DNA of 64,000 nt from Gammaproteobacteria bacterium (GTDB taxonomy: Bacteria > Pseudomonadota > Gammaproteobacteria > Steroidobacterales > Steroidobacteraceae): assembly GCA_016874175.1 (NCBI GenBank), contig VGUP01000002.1:3983-67982 (forward strand). Direction: 5' to 3'. The notes beneath the pieces were generated by a model that saw only the letters and a list, made by a program, of their open reading frames with translations, had not been told where the DNA came from and made no database searches. Positions 56,557 to 64,000 of the stretch are shown piece after piece (position 1 is the stretch's first letter; the number at the start of each line of letters is the position of its first letter). Made by a program: the position numbers and the translations under genes.

Positions 56557-57935
56557 TTTCGGCGCCGCCGGCGTCGACCTGGTCACGGCTCGTCGAGCGC
56601 GAGCGTCAGCAATTCATTGAGCGCCGGACGCGCTCCCGCCAGCTCGCCGAACGCGCGCGAGCGCACTGGCTCTCCGGTGTGCCCATGCATTGGATGGCCG
56701 ATTGGGGGACGCCTTTTCCGCTGTCCTTCTCGGCGGCCGAAGGTACGTCGCTGCGCGATGTCGATGGCATCGAATACGTCGATTTTTGTCTCGGTGACAC
56801 GGGCGCCTTGTTTGGGCACTCGCCGCCCGCGATCGCGGCGGCGATTACTCGGCAGGCTGCGCGCGGGCTTACTTGCATGCTGCCCGATGAGCGCGTTGCC
56901 GCGGTCGGCGAAGCGCTGGCCTCGCGCTTCGGTCTGCCGTTCTGGCAGGTGACGCAAACCGCAACCGAGGCCAACCGCGCGGTATTGCGCTGGGCGCGAG
57001 CGCTCACCGGACGACCCAAAGTATTGGTGTTTCAAGGCTGCTATCACGGCACCGTCGACGAGACGATGGTCCGGCTGCGTGCAGGTCGCACCGTGGCGCG
57101 CGAAGGCGCCATCGGTCCGCCCTTCGATAATGCAGCCGCAGCGAAAGTCATCGAGTTCAATGATTTCGATGCCCTGGAGCCCGCGCTTGCGGTGGGTGAC
57201 GTAGCGGCGGTGATCACCGAGCCGGTGATGACCAACATCGGAATGGTGCTGCCAGCGCCGGGTTTTTTGGCGGCGCTGCGTGAACTCACGCGGCGCTACG
57301 ACGTACCGCTGGTGATCGACGAAACCCACACCATTTCTTCGGGCCCCGCGGGCTACGCGCTTGGCGCCGGCCATGCGGGTACCGCCGGCGATGCGGGAGC
57401 GCAGGGCCTCGCGCCCGATTTCTGGGTCTGCGGCAAGGCCATCGCGGGCGGTCTGCCCTGCGCCGTATTCGGCTTCACCGCCGAGATCGAGTCGCGGATG
57501 CGCCGACTACTGCGAAACCGCGAGACGGGTCACTCCGGCATGGGGACCACGCTCGCGGCCAATCCGCTGGTCTTCGCTGCACTCGAGGCGGCGCTCGCGC
57601 ATTTGCATACCGAGGCGACGCACGCGGCGATAGACGAGCGGGCGCGGTATCTGGAGCAGAGCCTGCGCAAAATCTTTGACGTGCGCGGGCTGGATTGGCA
57701 TGTGTCGCGTGTCGGTGCGCGCCTCGAATTCGGCTTCGGTCCGGCGCCCCGCAACGGCAGCGAGGCCGAAGCGGCGATGCGGCCCGAGTATGAGCACGCA
57801 CTGCACCTCTGGCTGCTCAATCGCGGCTTGCTGGTGACGCCGTTCCACAACATGATGCTGACCGCGCCGATGCTGCCGACAGCCGCGATCGATACGCTTT
57901 GCCACGAGATCGGAGCCTTCATCGATGCCACCTAG
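56553..57935 (+). CDS. Class-III PLP-dependent aminotransferase (GSA-aminomutase-like branch)
   Basis: DVDG.EYVDFCLGD, ATEANR, CYHG, EPVM.N.G, IDETH, GKAIAGG (PLP Lys), GTTL.ANP. Confidence 0.9.
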   Translation: MISAPPASTWSRLVERERQQFIERRTRSRQLAERARAHWLSGVPMHWMADWGTPFPLSFSAAEGTSLRDVDGIEYVDFCLGDTGALFGHSPPAIAAAITRQAARGLTCMLPDERVAAVGEALASRFGLPFWQVTQTATEANRAVLRWARALTGRPKVLVFQGCYHGTVDETMVRLRAGRTVAREGAIGPPFDNAAAAKVIEFNDFDALEPALAVGDVAAVITEPVMTNIGMVLPAPGFLAALRELTRRYDVPLVIDETHTISSGPAGYALGAGHAGTAGDAGAQGLAPDFWVCGKAIAGGLPCAVFGFTAEIESRMRRLLRNRETGHSGMGTTLAANPLVFAALEAALAHLHTEATHAAIDERARYLEQSLRKIFDVRGLDWHVSRVGARLEFGFGPAPRNGSEAEAAMRPEYEHALHLWLLNRGLLVTPFHNMMLTAPMLPTAAIDTLCHEIGAFIDAT

Positions 57936-59310
57936 CGAAACTCCGGTAGCGTTCCTTAAAGAAAACAGCGATGTCGAGGCCGTACAGCTGTTCATCACCG
58001 ATCCTTCGGGCGTGCCGCGTGGCAAGACCGCGAGTATCGGCGAACTGGAGCGGCTGTTCGCACATGGGCGACCGGTGGCCGGGTCCATTCTGGGTCTCGA
58101 TATCACGGGCACGGACGTCGATGGCAGCGGGCTCGTTTGGGATACCGGCGATGCCGATCTCATCTGCAGACCGGTGCCCGGCACCCTGTCACGGGCGCCG
58201 TGGCTTGCGCGACCCACGGCGCAACTCATGCTCTCGATGTATGCCCTCGGCGGCACACCGGCGCCTGCCGATCCGCGCCACGTGCTTGCGCGCGCCATCG
58301 AGCGACTGCGCGCGCGTGGTCTGCGTCCCGTACTTGCCGTGGAGCTCGAATTTTACCTGCTGCGCGCTGGACAGCCTGCGGGCTCGATTGCGCGTGGCGA
58401 GGGCCGCATCGAGGCTTACGGACTCGCGCGGCTCGAGGAGCTCGCGCCCGTGTTCGACGAGGTGTACGCCGCGGCACGTCTGCAGGGTATTCCCGCCGAA
58501 ACTTTGATGTCCGAGTATGCGCCCGGGCAGTTCGAGATCACCCTCACGCACCGCGACGATGCATTGCGCGCCGTCGATGAGGCGATTCTGCTAAAGAGAT
58601 TGCTGCGGGGCGTGGCGGCCAAGCACGGTCTCGTGGCCACGTTCATGGCCAAGCCGTTCGTCGATCTCGCCGGCAGCGGCATGCATTTGCACGTCAGCCT
58701 CGCGGCGGCTGGCACTGACGCGGGCGCCTCAGGCGATTTGGCATCGCGCAATTCGACATCCGGCAATTTCTTTGCCAGCGACGATCTAGCGGGCACGCCG
58801 CTGATGCGTCAGGCCATCGCGGGCCTGAAGGCGACCATGGCCGAGAGCCTGCTGGTGTTCGCACCGAACGGCAATTCCTATCGGCGATTCCGTAGTCAAA
58901 GTTATGCGCCGATCGCCGCGAGTTGGGGCATCAACAACCGCTCGGTGTCCATTCGGGCGCCGTTGGGGCCGCCAGCGTCGCGTCACCTCGAGCATCGAAT
59001 CGCCGGCGCCGATGCCAATCCCTATCTCGCCGCGGCAACCGTGCTGGCCGGTATCGAGCGCGGCATCGTCCATGAGCTCGACCCCGGGCCACCCGTCACC
59101 GGCAACGGTTACCGCGATCCTGCGGTCAAGCGCGAATTGCCGCAGACCTGGCAGGAGGCCATCGACCGCGCCGCCGCTTCGCAATTTTTGCGGGCGGCAC
59201 TCGGTGCGGAGTTCCTCAAAATATTTCTTGCCATCAAGCGTCAGGAGTGCGATCGGTTCTCGGCCGAGGTGACGGATCTCGACCGATCGTGGTATCTACA
59301 CAGCACATGA
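57925..59310 (+). CDS. Glutamine synthetase-family gamma-glutamyl ligase (PuuA/PauA-like)
   Basis: RGK, DPR.VL, AVELEFYL, EYAPGQFE, FMAKP, GSGMHLH, WG.NNR, EHRIAGADANPY; divergent from canonical GlnA. Confidence 0.88.
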   Translation: MPPSETPVAFLKENSDVEAVQLFITDPSGVPRGKTASIGELERLFAHGRPVAGSILGLDITGTDVDGSGLVWDTGDADLICRPVPGTLSRAPWLARPTAQLMLSMYALGGTPAPADPRHVLARAIERLRARGLRPVLAVELEFYLLRAGQPAGSIARGEGRIEAYGLARLEELAPVFDEVYAAARLQGIPAETLMSEYAPGQFEITLTHRDDALRAVDEAILLKRLLRGVAAKHGLVATFMAKPFVDLAGSGMHLHVSLAAAGTDAGASGDLASRNSTSGNFFASDDLAGTPLMRQAIAGLKATMAESLLVFAPNGNSYRRFRSQSYAPIAASWGINNRSVSIRAPLGPPASRHLEHRIAGADANPYLAAATVLAGIERGIVHELDPGPPVTGNGYRDPAVKRELPQTWQEAIDRAAASQFLRAALGAEFLKIFLAIKRQECDRFSAEVTDLDRSWYLHST

Positions 59311-60020
59311 GCAGCGATGACCTCGAACACACTTCCACAGCCGCCCGCGCCGACGCGCGAGCGCGATTACTGAGTCACATCGATCTGCACGATTCGCCAC
59401 AGGGCGAGGTTCAGGGCGGCGCCGGCGGCTACAGCGAAGAGGCCTTCGCCGAGCTCGGTCGACTGGTCGAGGCGCTCAAACCGCTCACGCCGATTGCCGC
59501 GCCCATGAACGCTCAAGAGCGCGTCGAGGGGCGCTGGGAAACTCTTTTTGCGCACTTTGGCGCTCGGCACTCGGCCTTCAAGGCGAAAGTGCACGAGTCC
59601 AACCTCAAGATTCAGAGCTTCAATCTGTTGCCGCCAATACCGGTGCGCATCGAGCGGATCTGCCAAGAAATCTCCCGTACCGGGGCCGCCTACAATAACG
59701 TCATCGACTTCGTGGCGATGGATGGTCGGACTCGCGGGCTGATCATCATGCATGGCCGCTACCGCGAGGAGGCCGACAATCGGCAGCGGTTTGCGGTCGA
59801 TTTTTACCGTGTCGAACTGCGCCCGGCTCCCGGGGTTACCGAAGCCGACTTGCGGGCGGCCCTGGAGCTGCCCGCCGACATATCCCTGATCCACGAACTC
59901 ACGCCGCCCCGGCTGCACTCGGACGTCGTTTATCTCGATGACGATCTGCGCATCAATGTCGGCAGTTTTGGCGGCTTGTACGTGCTGCGGCGCTCGACCG
60001 ACAGGCCGGCGACCATTTGA
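59307..60020 (+). CDS. PAP/fibrillin-like protein
   Basis: N-part [12 protein letters not shown].....VEGRWETLF and C-terminal [24 protein letters not shown] match my recollection of the fibrillin motifs (L..NP..P...L.G.W.L.Y; TYLD.DLRI.RG..G.LFVL). Confidence 0.75.
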   Translation: MSSDDLEHTSTAARADARARLLSHIDLHDSPQGEVQGGAGGYSEEAFAELGRLVEALKPLTPIAAPMNAQERVEGRWETLFAHFGARHSAFKAKVHESNLKIQSFNLLPPIPVRIERICQEISRTGAAYNNVIDFVAMDGRTRGLIIMHGRYREEADNRQRFAVDFYRVELRPAPGVTEADLRAALELPADISLIHELTPPRLHSDVVYLDDDLRINVGSFGGLYVLRRSTDRPATI

Positions 60021-60073
60021 CACTGCACGAGAGTGGCGGCGGGACGGCCGAGTTTGTAACATCCCGGCCCCTT

Positions 60074-61855
60074 ATGCGCACACATTACTGCGGACAGGTC
60101 AACGAGACCCTCATCGGCAGCACCGTCACGGTTGCAGGCTGGGTTCATCGGCGTCGTGATCACGGCGGCGTCATCTTCGTGGACCTGCGCGATCGCGAGG
60201 GGCTACTGCAGGTGGTCTGTGACCCCGACGCCGCCGAAGTCTTCGCCGAGGCCGAGAAACTGCGCAACGAATACGTCGTCAGCATCACCGGTTCGGTGCG
60301 TCCGCGCCCCGACGGCACGACCAATGCGAACCTCGCCTCGGGCAAAGTCGAGATGCTCGCGCGGCGCATCGAACTTTTGAACCGCTCGGAGTCCTTGCCG
60401 TTCCAGCTCGACGAGAATGTGTCTGAGGAAGTGCGATTGAAGTATCGCTACCTCGATCTGCGTCGCGACGTCATGAGTCAGCGCCTGCGGCAGCGTCATC
60501 AAATTACGCGCGCGATGCGCAATTACCTCGATGACGCGGGCTTCGTCGACATCGAAACGCCGATGCTGACCAAGGCCACGCCCGAAGGTGCGCGCGACTA
60601 TCTCGTGCCGTCGCGCACGCACGCCGGTAAATTCTTTGCCTTGCCGCAGTCGCCGCAGATCTTCAAGCAGTTGCTGATGGTCGCGGGCTTCGATCGTTAC
60701 TACCAGATCGTGCGCTGTTTCCGCGACGAGGATCTGCGTGCCGATCGCCAGCCCGACTTCACCCAGCTCGATATCGAAACCTCGTTCCTGTCGCAGGACG
60801 AGATCATGTCGATCATGGAAGGTCTGATCCGCCATATCTTCAAGACCGTCGGCAATGTCGAGCTGCCGGAGCCCTTTCCGCGCATGACCTATGCGGAGGC
60901 CATGCGCCGCTACGCGAGCGACAAGCCCGATCTGCGTATCCCGCTCGAACTCGTCGATGTCGCCGATCTGGTCGCGACCTGCGATTTTAAAGTATTCGCC
61001 GGGCCCGCGAAAGACCCGAACGGTCGAGTGGTCGCGCTGCGTGTGCCTGCGGGCGGCAAGCTGACCCGCAAAGAAATCGACGATTACACGGCCTATGTGG
61101 CGCGATACGGTGCGCGCGGGCTGGCGTACATCAAGGTCAATGAAATCGCCAAGGGCTGCGAGGGCCTGCAGTCGCCGATCATCAAGTTCCTGTCCGACGA
61201 GGCCGTGGCTAGGATCCTCGCGCGCAGCGGCGCACAGAACGACGACCTCATTTTCTTTGGTTCCGACAGCGCCAAAGTAGTCAACGACTCGATGGGCGCG
61301 CTGCGCCTGCGGATCGGTCATGACCTGAAGTTGCTGACGGGCGCCTGGGCCCCGTTGTGGGTGATCGACTTCCCCATGTTCGAGTTCGATGCCGACGATA
61401 AGCGCTGGGTGGCCATGCATCACCCGTTCACCTCACCAAAGAATCTCGACCCCGAAGCACTCAAGGCCGACCCGGGCAACGCCCTCGCCAAAGCCTATGA
61501 CATGGTGCTCAATGGCTCCGAGATCGGCGGTGGCTCGGTGCGCATCTTCCGTCAGGATTTGCAGTCGACCGTATTCGATCTGCTCGGCATCGAAACCGAA
61601 GAAGCCCGGCGCAAGTTCGGCTTTTTGCTCGATGCCCTCAAGTACGGGGCGCCGCCGCATGGCGGTATCGCCTTCGGTCTCGACCGACTCGCCATGCTGA
61701 TGTCGGGCGCCGACAGCATCCGCGACGTCATTGCATTCCCCAAAACGCAGACGGCTGCTTGCCCGCTCACCGACGCGCCGACGGAAGTCACCGAGCGTCA
61801 GTTGCGCGAGTTGCATATCCGCGCGCGCCAGCCGCCGCAGGCGACCAATCAGTGA
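60074..61855 (+). CDS. aspS: Aspartate--tRNA ligase, likely non-discriminating Asp/Asn type
   Basis: [52 protein letters not shown]. Upstream TTG at 60017 is an alternative start. Confidence 0.98.
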   Translation: MRTHYCGQVNETLIGSTVTVAGWVHRRRDHGGVIFVDLRDREGLLQVVCDPDAAEVFAEAEKLRNEYVVSITGSVRPRPDGTTNANLASGKVEMLARRIELLNRSESLPFQLDENVSEEVRLKYRYLDLRRDVMSQRLRQRHQITRAMRNYLDDAGFVDIETPMLTKATPEGARDYLVPSRTHAGKFFALPQSPQIFKQLLMVAGFDRYYQIVRCFRDEDLRADRQPDFTQLDIETSFLSQDEIMSIMEGLIRHIFKTVGNVELPEPFPRMTYAEAMRRYASDKPDLRIPLELVDVADLVATCDFKVFAGPAKDPNGRVVALRVPAGGKLTRKEIDDYTAYVARYGARGLAYIKVNEIAKGCEGLQSPIIKFLSDEAVARILARSGAQNDDLIFFGSDSAKVVNDSMGALRLRIGHDLKLLTGAWAPLWVIDFPMFEFDADDKRWVAMHHPFTSPKNLDPEALKADPGNALAKAYDMVLNGSEIGGGSVRIFRQDLQSTVFDLLGIETEEARRKFGFLLDALKYGAPPHGGIAFGLDRLAMLMSGADSIRDVIAFPKTQTAACPLTDAPTEVTERQLRELHIRARQPPQATNQ

Positions 61856-61856
61856 T

Positions 61857-64000
61857 TTACTTATCGAGCAAGGACTTCAGCTGATAGATTTTGTCGAGCG
61901 CCTCGCGGGGGCTCAAAGAATCCGGATTGATGGCGGCGATCGCAGCAGCGACAGTTTCGTTTTTGTCGGCAACGTCGGGCTCTGATTCCTCTTCGCTGGG
62001 GGTGCCGTCGATCGGCGCGCCGAAAAGCAGATTTCCCTGCGGGCCCGAGGACTGGCCGCCCAGCGCGGCCTGCGCCTCCAAGGCAGCGAGATATCGACGG
62101 GCCTCGGCGAGCACCTCGCACGGCATCCCGGCAAGTTTCGCCACCGCGAGTCCATAGCTTTTGCTGGCCGGCCCCGGTTTGACGGCATGCATGAAGACGA
62201 TGCCTTGACGATGCTCGGTCGCGTCGAGGTGCACATTGAGTACGCCGGGAAGTTCTGCGGCGAGACCCGTCAGTTCAAAGTAATGGGTTGCGAACAAAGT
62301 AAATGCGCTCACTCTGCTTGCCAGATGTCGCGCCGTCGCCCACGCCAGTGACAGCCCGTCGAACGTGCTCGTGCCGCGACCAATCTCGTCCATCAGCACC
62401 AGACTTCGCGTGGTCGCGTTGTGCAGAATATTCGCGGCCTCGGTCATTTCGACCATGAACGTCGAGCGCCCGCCCGCGAGATCATCGCCTGAACCGATGC
62501 GCGTGAAAATCCGGTCGATCGACCCGATCACCGCCGACTCAGCCGGGACGTAACTGCCGATATGCGCCAGCAGCGTGATCAAGGCAACTTGGCGCATGTA
62601 GGTGCTTTTACCGCCCATGTTGGGACCGGTGATGACCAGCATCCGGGTCGCGGCATCGAGCGCAATATCATTCGGAACGAAGGGTTCCTGCAAAAACCGC
62701 TCGACGACCGGATGACGCCCAGCGCTGATGCGCAGCGCGGGTTGTGGCGTCAGCGTGGGCGCCGACCAGCGCAGGCTCACCGCGCGTTCGGCCAAGGCGC
62801 CGATGGCATCGAGTTCGGCGATCGCCGCTGCCGTGGACTGCAATGGCGCGAGCTGCGCACAAAGCTGCTCGAGCACGCCCTCGTATAGTTCTTTTTCGCG
62901 AGCCAGCGACTTGCCGCGCGCGCCGAGAACTTTGTCCTCGAAGCTCTTGAGTTCGGCGGTGATGAAACGCTCGGCATTTTTGACCGTTTGTCGCCGAATG
63001 TAATCCGCCGGGACGTTCTTGGCTTGGCTGCGCGCGATTTCAATAAAAAAGCCCTGTACGCGGTTGTAGCCGAGCTTCAGCTGCGGGAGCCCGGTTCGCG
63101 TGCGTTCGCGGGCCTCGAGTTCGAGCAGGAAAGTATCGGTATCGGTCGAAATTCGACGCAGCTCATCGAGCTCGACGTCGAAGCCGCTAGCGATGACATC
63201 GCCGTCACGCACCATGGCCGACGGCTCGCTCGCAATCGCCCGCTGCAGCAACGCGAGTTCGTCCGCATGCGCCAGCACCTGCTCGCCGAGGGCAGCAAGC
63301 AGCGGTGATTCGAGGGTAGCCAGCAGCGCGCGCAGCGCAGGCAGTGCGGCGAGCGAGAGCCGCAGGCCCGTCAGGTCGCGTGGCCTTGCCGAGCGCAAGG
63401 CGACCCGCGCCAGAATTCGCTCGATATCGCCGATCGGTTGTAGCGCCTCGCGCAGCGCCCGATATCTTTGGTCGGCGATCAGTTCGCCGACAGCAATATG
63501 CCGACCGCGTAATTCTTTGTGGTCGGTGATGGGTCGATTGACGAGCCGGCGCAGGGCGCGAGCGCCCATAGCCGTGACCGTGGTGTCGAGCAGGGCGACC
63601 AGCGTGGCATCCTCGCGGCCGCTCGGGCTGGAGTCGATCTCGAGGTTGCGCCGCGTTGCCGCATCGAGTTGTAGCGTCGTATCACGCTCTTCCACGCGCA
63701 ACGCACGCAGATGCGGCAGCGCGGTGCGCTGCGTCTCGCGCACGAACTGCAACAGCGCACCCGCGGCACCGATGGCCAGCGGCAGGCGTTCGACACCGAA
63801 GCCACGCAGGTCGAGTGTGCCGAGCTGCTCGGTAAGCGTGCGCAGCGCCGACTCTTCTTCGAAGTGCCAAGGGGGCCGCGAGCGCCGCCGACGCGCGGGC
63901 AGCGCCGCGGCTAGTCCGCTTGCCGCAGGCGAATCCATCGAGGCTTGCTCGAGCGCCAGCAGCAAGCCTTCGGGCATCAACACTTCGGCAGGTTGCAGAC
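61857..64000 (-). CDS. mutS: DNA mismatch repair protein MutS (5' end outside the window)
   Basis: LDAATRRNLE, RRQT.KNAER, GRHPVVE, ITGPNMGGKST, DEIGRGTS, FATHY, SYG..VA.LAG. Confidence 0.98.
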   Translation of the reverse strand, partial: LQPAEVLMPEGLLLALEQASMDSPAASGLAAALPARRRRSRPPWHFEEESALRTLTEQLGTLDLRGFGVERLPLAIGAAGALLQFVRETQRTALPHLRALRVEERDTTLQLDAATRRNLEIDSSPSGREDATLVALLDTTVTAMGARALRRLVNRPITDHKELRGRHIAVGELIADQRYRALREALQPIGDIERILARVALRSARPRDLTGLRLSLAALPALRALLATLESPLLAALGEQVLAHADELALLQRAIASEPSAMVRDGDVIASGFDVELDELRRISTDTDTFLLELEARERTRTGLPQLKLGYNRVQGFFIEIARSQAKNVPADYIRRQTVKNAERFITAELKSFEDKVLGARGKSLAREKELYEGVLEQLCAQLAPLQSTAAAIAELDAIGALAERAVSLRWSAPTLTPQPALRISAGRHPVVERFLQEPFVPNDIALDAATRMLVITGPNMGGKSTYMRQVALITLLAHIGSYVPAESAVIGSIDRIFTRIGSGDDLAGGRSTFMVEMTEAANILHNATTRSLVLMDEIGRGTSTFDGLSLAWATARHLASRVSAFTLFATHYFELTGLAAELPGVLNVHLDATEHRQGIVFMHAVKPGPASKSYGLAVAKLAGMPCEVLAEARRYLAALEAQAALGGQSSGPQGNLLFGAPIDGTPSEEESEPDVADKNETVAAAIAAINPDSLSPREALDKIYQLKSLLDK

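Noticed and set aside
56553..57935. Calling this gene hemL
   Set aside because: It lacks the HemL N-terminal PGGVNSPVR motif (it has GVPMHWM instead); same fold, different subfamily.
57925..59310. Calling this gene glnA
   Set aside because: It is divergent from canonical GlnA, lacks the C-terminal adenylylation-site motif and ntrBC context, and looks PuuA-like.

Overview
GC-rich gammaproteobacterial chromosome segment. The gene order resembles Xanthomonadales/Steroidobacterales-type genomes (an inference from synteny, not a database result). It is almost entirely housekeeping: lptA-lptC-kdsD, ibaG/bolA-murA, degS, petABC-sspB, yraN-lpoA, rsmI, rnpB, a full dcw cluster (mraZ to ftsZ, with murB, then lpxC), dciA, an M23 peptidase, secA-mutT, zapD-coaE-pilD, sucCD-nadE, bamD, rluD-pgeF, clpB, aspS and partial mutS. 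I found no tRNA, rRNA, CRISPR array, prophage, transposase or defence system. Three accessory inserts sit inside conserved junctions: (i) about 7.8 kb between mutT and zapD (aldehyde dehydrogenase, conserved hypothetical, beta-carbonic anhydrase, two divergent S9 peptidases, GST); (ii) a ZIP transporter between pgeF and clpB; (iii) an overlapping class-III aminotransferase, gamma-glutamyl ligase and PAP/fibrillin-like cassette between the FmdB-family gene and aspS. Cassette (iii) is the best candidate for an undescribed system, but its function is inferred only. Other points of interest are an LptC with a lipoprotein signal, local absence of kdsC, sspA, yacG and the pilin/assembly genes, a recurring symmetric -10 motif at divergent gene pairs, and structured leaders for lpoA, lpxC, the M23 gene and secA.
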